From assembly GCA_038321985.1 (NCBI GenBank), contig JBBQFN010000015.1, positions 32,001 to 96,000 on the forward strand: a stretch of DNA of 64,000 nucleotides, in the 5' to 3' direction. The notes below the pieces were generated by a model. The model was not told where the DNA came from. It made no database searches and was given only the letters and a program-made list of their open reading frames with translations. Source of the stretch: Cyanophyceae cyanobacterium (lineage in GTDB: Bacteria; Cyanobacteriota; Cyanobacteriia; Cyanobacteriales; Laspinemataceae). The stretch's first letter is position 1. Every line of letters starts with the position of its first letter. This document shows positions 31,528 to 42,089 of the stretch, piece after piece. A program made the translations under genes and the position numbers.

Positions 31528-31971
31528 GTGATGGAGAACAATCACGAGTTTAGCGATCGCCCCCTGGATTCAGTCCCCCTCCCACAGGACCCTACTTTCG
31601 AGCAAGAAGTGCAACGGTTACATGAGTACACCGTTGCCGCTCGTTGGGTGTTAGTTTTGCTCTTGTGGTTAACCCTGGGGAGTTTCAGCCTGTGGGCATT
31701 GCGATCGGACTTTAAACTGCTGTACGACCATTTTACCTGGGCGAGTTTGCGCTACGCCTTGAGTATGCGGTACAATCCGGTACCGGCGATCGGACTAACA
31801 TTCTCCGTGAGTATGACCGTAGCGGTCCTGGTTTGGCAAAGTCGTAACATCTTATTCGGAATGCCACAATCAGAGCGATCGCGCCTAGAACAACAACTGC
31901 TTCGCATTCGCCAACAGGGTCAATCTCATCCCCTCTGGAAGTGGATTGTTGAGTCTCCAAAACAGAAATAA
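31528..31971 (+). CDS. Cyanobacterial-type membrane protein of unknown function
   Basis: Two TM segments; FTWASLRY and IRQQGQSHPLWKW motifs; follows secF. Confidence 0.75.
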   Translation: MMENNHEFSDRPLDSVPLPQDPTFEQEVQRLHEYTVAARWVLVLLLWLTLGSFSLWALRSDFKLLYDHFTWASLRYALSMRYNPVPAIGLTFSVSMTVAVLVWQSRNILFGMPQSERSRLEQQLLRIRQQGQSHPLWKWIVESPKQK

Positions 31972-32094
31972 TAATCCATCCGTTCCTTAGTTTTTTCGCG
32001 CATAAGGGCAAAGTAAAAGCTAGGAACCCTTCCGGTGGGGGTCATCTTTAAAAACCCGTGGCTTGGTGAGCGTGAATAATCTCAAAAATATCTC

Positions 32095-32901
32095 GTGAAA
32101 ACCGATAGTATTTTTTACCGCATCTTTCAACAATATCCCCGGAGCTTTTTTGAACTTATTCACAGTTCCCCCGGGGACGCACAGCGGTATCAATTTACCT
32201 CCGTTGAAGTTAAACAATTGGCATTTCGTTTGGACGGGTTATTTCTTCCAACAACTGATAAAGCTGACTACCCTTTCTACCTTGCCGAAGTCCAATTTCA
32301 AGCCGATGAAACGTTTTATTCTCGGATTTTTGCGGAACTTTTCCTCTACCTGCGTCAATACCAACCCCGCTCTCCTTGGCGCGTGGTCATCATTTATCCC
32401 AGTCGAACCCAGGAACGAGAACAACGCCACCAATTCCACGAACTCCTAGATTTGGGGCGAGTTACTCGTATTTATCTCAATGAGTTAGAGAACCCCGACG
32501 ACTCTTTAGGATTCGCAATTGTTAAACTGGTGGTAGAACCGGAACAAGAGGCGATCGACTCGGCCAAACGCCTGATAGCCAAAGCCCAACAAGAACTAAC
32601 CGTCGCCCCTGTTCAACGGGATATCATTGATTTAATCGAGACCATTATCGTTTATAAACTGCCCCAAGCCAGTCGAGAGGAGATTGCCAAGATGTTAGGA
32701 CTTACAGATTTAAAACAAACCCGCTTTTATCAAGAAGCGTTTGTCGAAGGCCGTGAAGAAGGTCTCCAGCAAGCAAAACAAAACTTTGTGCAACGTCTTG
32801 CTAACCGAGGAGAAAGTTTAGAAGAAATTGCCCAATTGTCTGACTTACCAATATCCGTGGTTCAAGAAATATTGAAATCCTCGAATCAATCTCAGCCGTA
32901 A
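32095..32901 (+). CDS. Rpn family PD-(D/E)XK nuclease / putative transposase (DUF2887-like)
   Basis: MKTDSIFYRIFQ, FTSVEVKQLAFRLDGLF, EVQFQ and DLKQTRFYQEA..EGREEG motifs. Confidence 0.88.
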   Translation: MKTDSIFYRIFQQYPRSFFELIHSSPGDAQRYQFTSVEVKQLAFRLDGLFLPTTDKADYPFYLAEVQFQADETFYSRIFAELFLYLRQYQPRSPWRVVIIYPSRTQEREQRHQFHELLDLGRVTRIYLNELENPDDSLGFAIVKLVVEPEQEAIDSAKRLIAKAQQELTVAPVQRDIIDLIETIIVYKLPQASREEIAKMLGLTDLKQTRFYQEAFVEGREEGLQQAKQNFVQRLANRGESLEEIAQLSDLPISVVQEILKSSNQSQP

Positions 32902-32938
32902 CCAGTCCTCTACTCGTTAGGGGCTGGTTACGCCTATT

Positions 32939-33742
32939 TTATCCTCGAAAAAACTGGCGAAAATCTTCGTCTGCTGTACTTAATTTTACCCATTCTGCCC
33001 CGGCTTTGCTTAGTTTTTCGACCAGGCGATCGCAGGCGGGGCGTTCGGTGGCATAATGACCGGCATCGATCAGCACTAAGCCGCGATCGCGGGCTTCCTG
33101 AAATTGATGAAATTTGCAATCTGAGGTGAGATAGGCATCGGCACTAGCTTTGACGACGGCATCGATATAGCTAGCGCCAGACCCTCCTAATACGGCTACC
33201 CGTCTGATGCGCTGCTGGGGGTCGGCTGGAGAAACAATCAGTTCTGAAGGTTGCAATTTTTCTTGAATCAGGGTTAATAAATCGCCCAGGGTGAGTGCCG
33301 GTTCGAGTTGCCCGATTCGACCATATCCGAGTCCATTTTGAGTAGGGACAACTGCCTTGACTTGTTTGAGTTTTAATTGCTGGGCGAGGACATCGGCGGT
33401 GCCATGATTCACTTGATCAAAGTTGGTGTGGGCGGTGTAAATGCCGATGCCATGGGTAAATGCTAGTTTTGCCATCTCTCCCACTGCCTCACCGCTACAG
33501 AGGCGATCAACTCCCCCAAAAATCAAAGGATGATGAGCGAAGATTAAATTAACGGGTTCTCCTGCTGTTTGAAGGGCGAGTGCTTCTTGCATCACGGGTA
33601 AGGTGGGAGTTAGACAGACTAATACCCGCGCCGGTTCTGTTAAAACTCCTGGCTCAATTTGCCACCCAGAATTATCCCACTCTTCTTGCCATGCTGGGTT
33701 AGCCCAGCCTTCAAACCATTGTATTATTTCGGAAATCTTCAT
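32939..33742 (-). CDS. Nif3-like dinuclear metal-centre protein (YbgI/DUF34)
   Basis: WDNSG, AHHPLIF, AHTNFD, GGSG and DAGHYATE motifs. Confidence 0.92.
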   Translation of the reverse strand: MKISEIIQWFEGWANPAWQEEWDNSGWQIEPGVLTEPARVLVCLTPTLPVMQEALALQTAGEPVNLIFAHHPLIFGGVDRLCSGEAVGEMAKLAFTHGIGIYTAHTNFDQVNHGTADVLAQQLKLKQVKAVVPTQNGLGYGRIGQLEPALTLGDLLTLIQEKLQPSELIVSPADPQQRIRRVAVLGGSGASYIDAVVKASADAYLTSDCKFHQFQEARDRGLVLIDAGHYATERPACDRLVEKLSKAGAEWVKLSTADEDFRQFFRG

Positions 33743-34429
33743 GTTCCTACTTAGTCATCCCTTTATACTGCCATTAGTAGAAGATTGGAGGTTATCTACG
33801 TTGACCCCTGGTACTGGAGGCGATCGCTTCTTCTAGGTTTTAGTTTAACAAAACTGATCCCCGTTAAGGGCGATCGCTGGTCTGAGTGGTACTTTTCAAA
33901 AGAATCCCTCCACCCTACCCTACGATCAATTCAGGGGCGATCGCATTAGCTGTTGGCGCTCCGAATCCAGAATACCCTATTTTGGGCTTCCCATGAAAGC
34001 GGCATTATCATTTAAAAAATAGCTGTAGTAGTGTTTATTTTATTAGTTCAAGTTTCCGGGGATATTCGGATATATTAAACTTTAGTATAAAAAATAGAAT
34101 TTGTAAATATTCCTGTAGAGAGAGTTAATTTTGGCATTTTAATTATATAAATGGAAAAACCTATTTTTTACTCTCTAAGAACTCGATCCAGAGTTTAACC
34201 GTTTATTGATTATTCAGGAGTTATGCGTCAGATGGGCAAGAGAGAAGAGGTATTTCTGATTCTGTTTGTAGGCTCTAAAATATATTGTTTAAAAATTAGA
34301 AAAGAAAAATTTTTAGTTTTTATTTAGTACAGTATAAGTTAGATCTGACTGCAATAAAACTGGAAAATATGTTATAAACTTAGAGATAAAAAATGCCCTC
34401 ATACAAATCCTGTAACTCGGAGTCTGTTT

Positions 34430-36505
34430 ATGACAAGTCTTTGGCCGCTAATTGAAACTGATGGATTCGGCGTCACAACTTGGTTGATGGGAACTCCCTT
34501 GGCTCAAATTTTAAGCGGCCCCATTACCGACCCTCTTGCCATTTTTCTGATCATCATGGCGATGATGCTAATCGCCCCTCTAGTTTTTGAACGGCTAAAA
34601 CTGCCGGGGATTGTCGGTTTAATTTTAGCGGGTGTGGTCATTGGACCCCACGGGTTAGGATTGTTAGCCCGAGATGAAACCATTGTGCTACTAGGCACCG
34701 TGGGATTGCTGTTTTTAATGTTTATGGCGGGGTTAGAAACCAGTTTAGATGACCTCAAACTAAATGCCGATAAAGCCATTACTTTTGGGCTAGCAACCTT
34801 TGCCATTCCGATGATTTTGGGTATGGGGGCGATGTTGTTGCTGGGATATGGTTGGTTAGCGGCGATACTGGTTGCCTCTTGTTTTGCCTCTCATACCCTG
34901 CTTGCTTTGCCGATTTTAACCCGGCTGGGAATCATGCGATCGCCAGCAGTAACTGCCACTTTGGGGGGAACCTTAATCACCAACGTCCTAGCGTTGTTAG
35001 TGTTAGCCGTCGTGGTTAAAGCCCACGGAGGTACATTAACCCTAAATTTTTGGCTATTTCTAATTCCTGCTTTGGTGATTTATACCCTCGCTACTTTGTG
35101 GGGAGTTCCTAAACTAGGACGATGGTTTTTCCGAAAATTTGGGCATGATGAAGGTGCGGAATTTACCTTTGTAGTTGCCACGTTGTTGGTAGTTTCTTAT
35201 GTGGCCCAACTGATTGAAATTGAAGCGATCATCGGCGCATTTTTAGCCGGAGTTGCCATTACCCAACTGATTCCCGCTTTAAGTCCCTTAATGAATCGGA
35301 TTCAGTTTATTGGAAATACGCTATTTGTGCCCTTTTTTCTACTTTCAGTAGGGATGTTAATCGACCCCATGATTCTCGTCAGTGAACCGCGATCGCTCGT
35401 TGTTGCTGGAGTGATGATTGCAGCTGAATTTCTGGCTAAATATTTAGCAGCTTGGGGTTCAGCAAAGATATTTGGCTGGACCTTTCCCAATACAATGGTT
35501 ATGTTTGGTTTATCCGTTGCCCAAGCTGCCTCCACCTTAGCAGCGATTACCGTTGCTTATAAGATAAAACTGGTGGATGAAGTCACCGTGAATGGCATTA
35601 TCGCCATGATTCTCGTGAGTTGCATTGCCTCTCCTTGGATTACAGCGAAGTGGGGAAAAAAGGTGAAACCCGAGGAAAAAGTAACGACGAGTGAAATTCA
35701 AGGATTGACTGATCGGGTCTTAGTTCCAGTTGCTAACCCCAGTACCGAAGATAATTTGTTGACTTTGGCAATTTTATTGGCAAAAAATTCTAAGGGAACC
35801 TTGCTCCCCTTGCACGTTCTTTCTGATAAAAATGGCAAGGTTTCATCGGAACAAAGAATCCAACAAAACCAGTTACTAGCAGCGGCAGAAACCATCGCTC
35901 ATGCAGCAACCGTGGCGGTGGAACCGATTGGTCGAATTGATTCAGCGATCGCCGGTGGAATCGTTCGCAGTGCCTCGGAACGCGATGCGACTTTAATTAT
36001 TTGTGGGTGGAAAGGGTTTTCCAGCTATCGGGAAAATTTCTTCGGTGACGTGATTGATCGGATTGTGCGGGGCTCGCCCGTGCCAGTTCTGATTACCAGG
36101 TTTCCTCACCCCATCCAAAATACCGCCCGCATCTTTGTGGCAGCAACGGAAGTGGAAACTTCATCGATAGAATTTAAACAAACCCTGCAAATTGCTACGA
36201 CAATCTCAACTGAACTCAAGGCAACCTTACAGTTATTATTAATTGTAGCTGGGAAAGAACAAAAGGCGAATTTCGACCTCGAAGCCTTTGGATTGAGTGA
36301 AACTACCCCAATTCAATACCTACGGGGAAAATTTGTTAAAAAAGTATCGAGAATGCTGAAAACTGATGACTTGTTAATCTTAACATCCGGTTCTCATCAC
36401 TATCAAACATTTGGGTTACCGGGGGGATTAGTAGAACCGGAAGCCATTGTCCGGGCACATCCTGATGTTGCGACCATTGTGGCTCATTTCCCGACGAGGA
36501 GTTAA
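34430..36505 (+). CDS. CPA2 cation:proton antiporter with C-terminal USP-like domain
   Basis: LKLPGIVGLILAGVVIGP, many TMs, IIGAFLAG and RVLVPVANP. Confidence 0.88.
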   Translation: MTSLWPLIETDGFGVTTWLMGTPLAQILSGPITDPLAIFLIIMAMMLIAPLVFERLKLPGIVGLILAGVVIGPHGLGLLARDETIVLLGTVGLLFLMFMAGLETSLDDLKLNADKAITFGLATFAIPMILGMGAMLLLGYGWLAAILVASCFASHTLLALPILTRLGIMRSPAVTATLGGTLITNVLALLVLAVVVKAHGGTLTLNFWLFLIPALVIYTLATLWGVPKLGRWFFRKFGHDEGAEFTFVVATLLVVSYVAQLIEIEAIIGAFLAGVAITQLIPALSPLMNRIQFIGNTLFVPFFLLSVGMLIDPMILVSEPRSLVVAGVMIAAEFLAKYLAAWGSAKIFGWTFPNTMVMFGLSVAQAASTLAAITVAYKIKLVDEVTVNGIIAMILVSCIASPWITAKWGKKVKPEEKVTTSEIQGLTDRVLVPVANPSTEDNLLTLAILLAKNSKGTLLPLHVLSDKNGKVSSEQRIQQNQLLAAAETIAHAATVAVEPIGRIDSAIAGGIVRSASERDATLIICGWKGFSSYRENFFGDVIDRIVRGSPVPVLITRFPHPIQNTARIFVAATEVETSSIEFKQTLQIATTISTELKATLQLLLIVAGKEQKANFDLEAFGLSETTPIQYLRGKFVKKVSRMLKTDDLLILTSGSHHYQTFGLPGGLVEPEAIVRAHPDVATIVAHFPTRS

Positions 36506-36669
36506 GCCCAATCATTTTTAGAATTCAGGGAGAATTTTAAAAAGCCAATTGGCGTTGATCAGGGGGTTGGGGCGAGGGATTCACCGAATGAAAGCAAGAA
36601 GCCTTTTGGTGAGGAGTCAGCCTGATTTTAGACCGATTCTGTCGCCTTTTCCCCCTGGCGATCGCCACC

Positions 36670-37713
36670 CTAAATTTTAGAGTTAGCGGGTTTATTCTTC
36701 CATTTGTCCATAACATCTTTAAAAAATAACTCTTGAACCCAAATTTGAGCCACCACAGTCAGAGGGAGTGCTAATAATAATCCCAACACTCCAAAAATAC
36801 TGGCAAAGAAAATTTGTGCCGTCAGGGTTACCGCTGGTAACAGAGACACCTGTTTTGCCATTACCGTAGGAGTCAGCCAATAACTTTCGATCTGTTGGAT
36901 GATGATATACCAAATCAGAACTGCCAACGCTTTCCACGGGGCATCTAATAAAGCAATCATCACCGGAAATACGGCGCTCATGGTCGGACCAATATTGGGA
37001 ATAAAATTAAATAATCCCGCAATCAAGGAATGAACTAAAACTAGATCCACTTGTAAAATCAACAGTCCCAGCCCACTCAAACTCCCAATAAAAATACAGT
37101 TAATCATAATTCCAACAAACCAGTTTTCTAACCCGATTTCGCATTCGGATAAAATCTCATAGGCGCGGCGGCGATAAAAAGACGGAAATAGCCGAACAAA
37201 CGCATCCCGATATTCTCCTGGATTGGCTAACAGCATCAAGGTCAAAACCGTGACAAACAAAACCTGAAGCGCAATCCTAAAAGAATTAGAAAAGAAATCG
37301 AAAAAATTAGTCACCGATTGCAGGACTAACGGCTGTAATTGCACTAGGAGTTCGGCGAGACTTGGGGGTTGAGGTAACCAAACTGGCAACTGAGTTTCCA
37401 GCGATCGCAGCCAAGTGCGCAACTTTACAAATACTTCCGGTAATAGTTCAATCATCCGTTGCGATTGTTCAATAAACTGAGGAACCACCACCCAAATAAA
37501 CACCACACTAAACAGGACCGTCAGACATAAGGTGATGATAATGGCAATTGTTCGATTGAGATGCAATCGCGTCTGGAACTGCTTGGCAATGCTATTAAGG
37601 GCAGTGGCAAAAACGACGGCGACAAACAACAGTAACAATAATTGCCGAATTTCCCACAAAATATAAAGGGAAATCAGAATGACAATAAAACCAAGCCATT
37701 GACCAAATTTCAC
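36670..37713 (-). CDS. AI-2E family transporter
   Basis: FNFIPNIGP, IQQIESYWLTP and FGVLGLLLALPL motifs. Confidence 0.88.
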   Translation of the reverse strand: MKFGQWLGFIVILISLYILWEIRQLLLLLFVAVVFATALNSIAKQFQTRLHLNRTIAIIITLCLTVLFSVVFIWVVVPQFIEQSQRMIELLPEVFVKLRTWLRSLETQLPVWLPQPPSLAELLVQLQPLVLQSVTNFFDFFSNSFRIALQVLFVTVLTLMLLANPGEYRDAFVRLFPSFYRRRAYEILSECEIGLENWFVGIMINCIFIGSLSGLGLLILQVDLVLVHSLIAGLFNFIPNIGPTMSAVFPVMIALLDAPWKALAVLIWYIIIQQIESYWLTPTVMAKQVSLLPAVTLTAQIFFASIFGVLGLLLALPLTVVAQIWVQELFFKDVMDKWKNKPANSKI

Positions 37714-37887
37714 AGTTATTGCGTTTAGATAATAGACCTTCCTTTAGGAATATAGCCCAACACCTCTATAGATTGGTGAGAGGGGCCTCAATTTCCCAGC
37801 AGGCGATTGCCCCTTTGCCGTAAAAAATCCTGCGACCCGCCCGCTTTTTTGATATTCTGAACCTTTGGACTAGCAATTATTCAAACC

Positions 37888-39942
37888 ATGCCCGCGCCCA
37901 GCACCTCTACCATCACAGCATTTCCCCTGACAGCGGTTGTCGGTCAGGAGGCGATTAAACTTGCGCTACTGTTAACCGCAGTAGACCCCGGATTGGGAGG
38001 ACTGGCGATCGCCGGTCGTCGGGGAACCGCCAAATCCGTGATGGCGCGTGCCATCCACGCCCTGTTGCCCCCGATTGAAGTGGTCAAAGATTCCATCGCC
38101 AACTGCAATCCCACTAATCCCGATGAATGGGACGACCTCACCCGAGACGCCTATCCGAACTCCGGTAGCAACGGTACCACCCCGGATAGCGTTCCCACCC
38201 AAATCATTCCCGCACCCTTTGTCCAAATTCCCCTCGGAGTCACGGAAGACCGTCTTTTAGGGTCCGTGGATGTGGAACAGTCGGTCAAGCAAGGGGACAC
38301 GGTATTTCAACCGGGTTTACTCGCCCAAGGGCATCGCGGAGTCCTCTATATCGATGAAATCAACCTCCTCGATGACCAAATCAGCAACCTGCTGTTAAGT
38401 GTGCTCACCGATGGACGTAACCAAATCGAACGGGAAGGGATTAGCTTCCAACATCCCTGCAAACCCTTGTTTATCGCCACCTATAACCCAGACGAAGGGT
38501 CCCTGCGGGAACATCTGCTTGATCGCATTGCCATTACCCTCTCGGCTGATGGGGTCCTCGGCTTAGATCAGCGCGTGGAAGCTGTCGAACAAGCCTTATC
38601 TTACTCCGCTTCTCCCCAGGAGTTTTTACACCAATATACCGAAGATATCGACAACCTCAAAACCCAAATACTCCTGGCGCGAGAATGGTTAAAGGATGTG
38701 GAAATTCAATCGGACCAAATCGCTTATCTCGTCAATGAAGCCCTCCGGGGCGGCGTCCAAGGTCATCGCGCCGAATTATTTGCCCTTCGGGTCGCTAAGG
38801 CATCAGCAGCCCTGGATGGTCGAAATAAGGTCAATGCAGAGGACCTGCGTCGGGCTGTAGAATTAGTCATTGTTCCCCGTTCGACGATTGTTCAAACTCC
38901 ACCGGAGGAGGAACCGCCACCGCCCCCACCGCCGCCACCACCCCAGGACAACTCGGATCAGGAACAAAACGAACCCGACGAAGACGAACAAGAGGATGAA
39001 GACGAACAAGAGGAACAGGAACAGGAACAACAGGAACAAAGCATTCCGGAAGAGTTTATCTTTGACCCCGAAGGGGTGATCATGGATCCGAGTGTGCTGT
39101 ATTTCGCACAAATGGCGAAGCGGCAAGGAAAAACCGGCAGTCGTACGATTATTTTTTCCGACGATCGCGGACGGTATATTAAGCCGATGTTACCCAAGGG
39201 CAAGGTGCAACGGGTGGCGGTGGATGCGACGTTACGCGCTGCAGCACCCTACCAGAAAGCCCGCCGGGAAAGGCAACCGGACCGGAAGGTGATTGTAGAA
39301 CAGGGGGATTTGCGATCGAAGCGATTGGCGAGAAAAGCCGGTGCTTTGGTAATTTTTGTGGTGGATGCATCCGGTTCGATGGCACTCAACCGGATGCAGT
39401 CGGCCAAAGGTGCGGTGTTGCAACTGCTGACCGAAGCGTATCAAAACCGCGACCAAATTGCCCTGATTCCGTTCCGAGGAGAACAGGCGGATGTGCTGTT
39501 ACCGCCGACGAGATCGATTACTTCGGCCCGCCGACGCTTGGAACGGTTGCCCTGTGGGGGGGGATCGCCCTTAGCACATGGGTTAACTACTGCGGTGCGG
39601 GTGGGATTAAATGCTCAACAGTCCGGAGATATCGGTCAGGTGGCGATCGTTGCCATTACTGATGGACGGGGGAATGTACCCTTATCTCGGTCTTTGGGCG
39701 AACCGGCGATCGAAGGTGAGAAACCGGATATTAAGGGAGAATTACTGGAAATTGCCCGGAAGATTCGCGGAGTGGGAATGCAACTGTTGATGATTGATAC
39801 AGAGAATAAGTTCGTTTCCACCGGATTTGCCAAGGAGTTAGCAAAAGCGGCAGGGGGTCGATATTATAGTTTACCCAAGGCCACGGACCGGGCGATCGCA
39901 GATATGGCAAGAGGTGCTCTAGCAGAAATGAAATCTCGCTAA
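37888..39942 (+). CDS. chlD: Magnesium chelatase subunit D
   Basis: AAA+ domain ([16 protein letters not shown]), poly-Pro/acidic linker and vWA domain DASGSM. Confidence 0.96.
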   Translation: MPAPSTSTITAFPLTAVVGQEAIKLALLLTAVDPGLGGLAIAGRRGTAKSVMARAIHALLPPIEVVKDSIANCNPTNPDEWDDLTRDAYPNSGSNGTTPDSVPTQIIPAPFVQIPLGVTEDRLLGSVDVEQSVKQGDTVFQPGLLAQGHRGVLYIDEINLLDDQISNLLLSVLTDGRNQIEREGISFQHPCKPLFIATYNPDEGSLREHLLDRIAITLSADGVLGLDQRVEAVEQALSYSASPQEFLHQYTEDIDNLKTQILLAREWLKDVEIQSDQIAYLVNEALRGGVQGHRAELFALRVAKASAALDGRNKVNAEDLRRAVELVIVPRSTIVQTPPEEEPPPPPPPPPPQDNSDQEQNEPDEDEQEDEDEQEEQEQEQQEQSIPEEFIFDPEGVIMDPSVLYFAQMAKRQGKTGSRTIIFSDDRGRYIKPMLPKGKVQRVAVDATLRAAAPYQKARRERQPDRKVIVEQGDLRSKRLARKAGALVIFVVDASGSMALNRMQSAKGAVLQLLTEAYQNRDQIALIPFRGEQADVLLPPTRSITSARRRLERLPCGGGSPLAHGLTTAVRVGLNAQQSGDIGQVAIVAITDGRGNVPLSRSLGEPAIEGEKPDIKGELLEIARKIRGVGMQLLMIDTENKFVSTGFAKELAKAAGGRYYSLPKATDRAIADMARGALAEMKSR

Positions 39943-39948
39943 AATGCA

Positions 39949-39994
39949 GCATTGAGAATTAAGAATTACGCAATTAATTCTTAATTCTCAATGC
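39949..39994. repeat. Long inverted repeat of heptamer units after chlD
   Basis: GCATTGAGAATTAAGAATT / AATTCTTAATTCTCAATGC. Confidence 0.65.
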
Positions 39995-40030
39995 CTAGTT
40001 TCCGGCCTATTCCTGTTACTAATTTGACTT

Positions 40031-40492
40031 ATGACTGGACCACGGTCTCTGCCTCCGGACTGTATCATCCGCCCCGCAACTCCTGAAGATTTAGGTACGA
40101 TTCGTAAATTAGTGTTCCGGGCAAAACTAGACCCAACCCAGTTGCGATGGGAGAATTTTTTCGTCATTGAATTTCAGGATAAAATTATCGCTTGTGGACA
40201 GTTACGGCAGTTTACGGGTTGTCAAGAATTGGGGAGTTTAGTCGTAGAAAAGCCATGGCGCGATCGCGGTTTAGGTTCCTCTCTAGTTCACCATTTAGTA
40301 GCCAACTCCACCGCTCCCGTTTATGTAGAATGTATGGGCTGGTTGGTAGAATTTTACGAACATTTAGGATTTATTAAAATTTCCTGGAATAATTTACCTA
40401 AACCTTTAAAAATTAAGTTTTTATTAGGACAAATTGGTTCAAAAATATTACCGTTAAAAGTGACAATTTTACAGGCAAAACCCCTTCCCTAA
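40031..40492 (+). CDS. GNAT N-acetyltransferase
   Basis: IRPAT, ELGSLVV...WRDRGLGS and FYEHLGF motifs. Confidence 0.85.
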   Translation: MTGPRSLPPDCIIRPATPEDLGTIRKLVFRAKLDPTQLRWENFFVIEFQDKIIACGQLRQFTGCQELGSLVVEKPWRDRGLGSSLVHHLVANSTAPVYVECMGWLVEFYEHLGFIKISWNNLPKPLKIKFLLGQIGSKILPLKVTILQAKPLP

Positions 40493-40784
40493 TTCCTGTC
40501 TTATATAAATTCTGCTAGTTTCTTATTTTGGAGTAACAACTTTAGTCGTTCTCTTATCTTAGTTTGTAGGAAAGATAAAAAATTGTGAGAAGGAGCGATA
40601 TTGCTACGAACAAAAGAGAACGACTCAAGTCGTTAACAAGACCCCAACGGAACCGCCCTTGTCAGCGGCGAAATGGATTAAATCAGATTCTGGGAGGTCA
40701 GGCCCCTAATAACCAGACAATTAAATTCTATCCCCCCTTGACATTTCCGAAAATTTTTCGTAAGAATAAAGGACAAGAGTAAGT

Positions 40785-40925
40785 CAGCCTAATTTAGGAT
40801 CCGCAGCTAGTCTGCGATCGCCCTAAAGCGGGGGAACCATATATCGGGGCGAATCTTTCGTTGAAAATGAGAAAGAAGAGCATCTCTCAGCTCTAGCCCG
40901 TCAGCTAACCTCGTAGGCATTGAGA
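40785..40925 (+). ncRNA. c-di-AMP (ydaO/yuaA) riboswitch
   Basis: Signature segments in order: AGCGGGGGAACCA, GGGGCGAAT, GCCCGTCAGCTAACCTCGTAGGC. Located about 105 nt upstream of an ABC operon; ends approximate. Confidence 0.85.
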
Positions 40926-41030
40926 GGAGACTGAAGTACAGGATATTTATAACCTGAATGCTTTAGTGTCCTAGGCCAAGTATCGCTACGACTTACTCCC
41001 TTTGGTCCTAGACTCTGAGGGTTAAATTAA

Positions 41031-41867
41031 ATGAGTAGACGTATCGCTACCCGTAAGGGCAGCAGTTTTTCATACGCCCCGCGTCGCCTGCTCCAACTCG
41101 ACTCGGTGCTTTTACCAGGGATTGGTTTTGCCGTGATTATTGCCTTATGGTGGGCGATCGCCACGTTTTTTACCAATTTGATGCCGACTCCGTGGGAGGC
41201 ACTGGTGGCGAATATGGATTACATTCTTAATCCCTTTTATCGGCGGGGACCGGGAGACTTAGGCATTGGCTGGCTACTCTTAGCCAGCTTGCGCCGGGTC
41301 CTGTTGGGTTTCGGATTGGGCACTTTAGTTGCCATTCCCGTTGGGTTCTGGATTGGCCTCTCTCCCCGGGCAATGAAGGCAATTAACCCAATCGTCCAGA
41401 TTTTTAAACCGGTCTCTCCCGTTGCCTGGTTACCGATCGCCTTGGCAATCTTCAACCTGGCCGAGCCCTCTGCTATCTTTGTTATTTTCATCACCTCTCT
41501 ATGGCCCACCCTGATTAACACCGCCTTGGGGGTTGCCAGCGTACCCAAGGACTATCTTCAGGTGGCTGAGGTTTTGGAGATGTCCCCGTGGCGGCGGATG
41601 ACCAAGATTCTGTGGCCCGCGAGTCTCCCTTATATTTTTACCGGATTGCGAATCAGTTTAGGGATTGCTTGGCTGGTGATTGTGGCGGTTGAAATGCTCA
41701 CCGGCGGCATTGGCATTGGCTTTTTCGTCTGGGATGAATGGAACCGTTTGAACTTGAGTTCTGTGTTTCTAGCGGTCTTAGTCATTGGCTTGACGGGTCT
41801 AATTCTAGACTACCTGCTGGCCCGACTTCAGCAATGGGCCACCCATCGGCCAGCCACGGCAGTTTAA
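41031..41867 (+). CDS. NrtB/CmpB-family ABC permease
   Basis: SLRRVLLGF, KPVSPVAWLP and YIFTGLRISLGIAWLVIVAVEM motifs. Confidence 0.9.
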   Translation: MSRRIATRKGSSFSYAPRRLLQLDSVLLPGIGFAVIIALWWAIATFFTNLMPTPWEALVANMDYILNPFYRRGPGDLGIGWLLLASLRRVLLGFGLGTLVAIPVGFWIGLSPRAMKAINPIVQIFKPVSPVAWLPIALAIFNLAEPSAIFVIFITSLWPTLINTALGVASVPKDYLQVAEVLEMSPWRRMTKILWPASLPYIFTGLRISLGIAWLVIVAVEMLTGGIGIGFFVWDEWNRLNLSSVFLAVLVIGLTGLILDYLLARLQQWATHRPATAV

Positions 41868-42089
41868 TCGGGATGGACTGCCCTGGATTTTACTCTGGAA
41901 ACGGGGGCGATCGCCTTACACCTAGACAGTGAAAGCTGGACTTTATGAGAGAATGTCGAGCCTTGTCTGTAGGTAACTGGATTGACCTGTCATACATTCA
42001 CTCTGAGGACCATCCTCTAGCCGTGGAGGGTTGGTCGGCACCCCGATTCGTCAAAGCAGCTTACTGAACTTTAGACTTTCCTGAAAACT

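Noticed and set aside
40585..40782. 65-aa ORF upstream of the riboswitch
   Set aside because: GTG start, no motifs, and it overlaps the probable promoter region.
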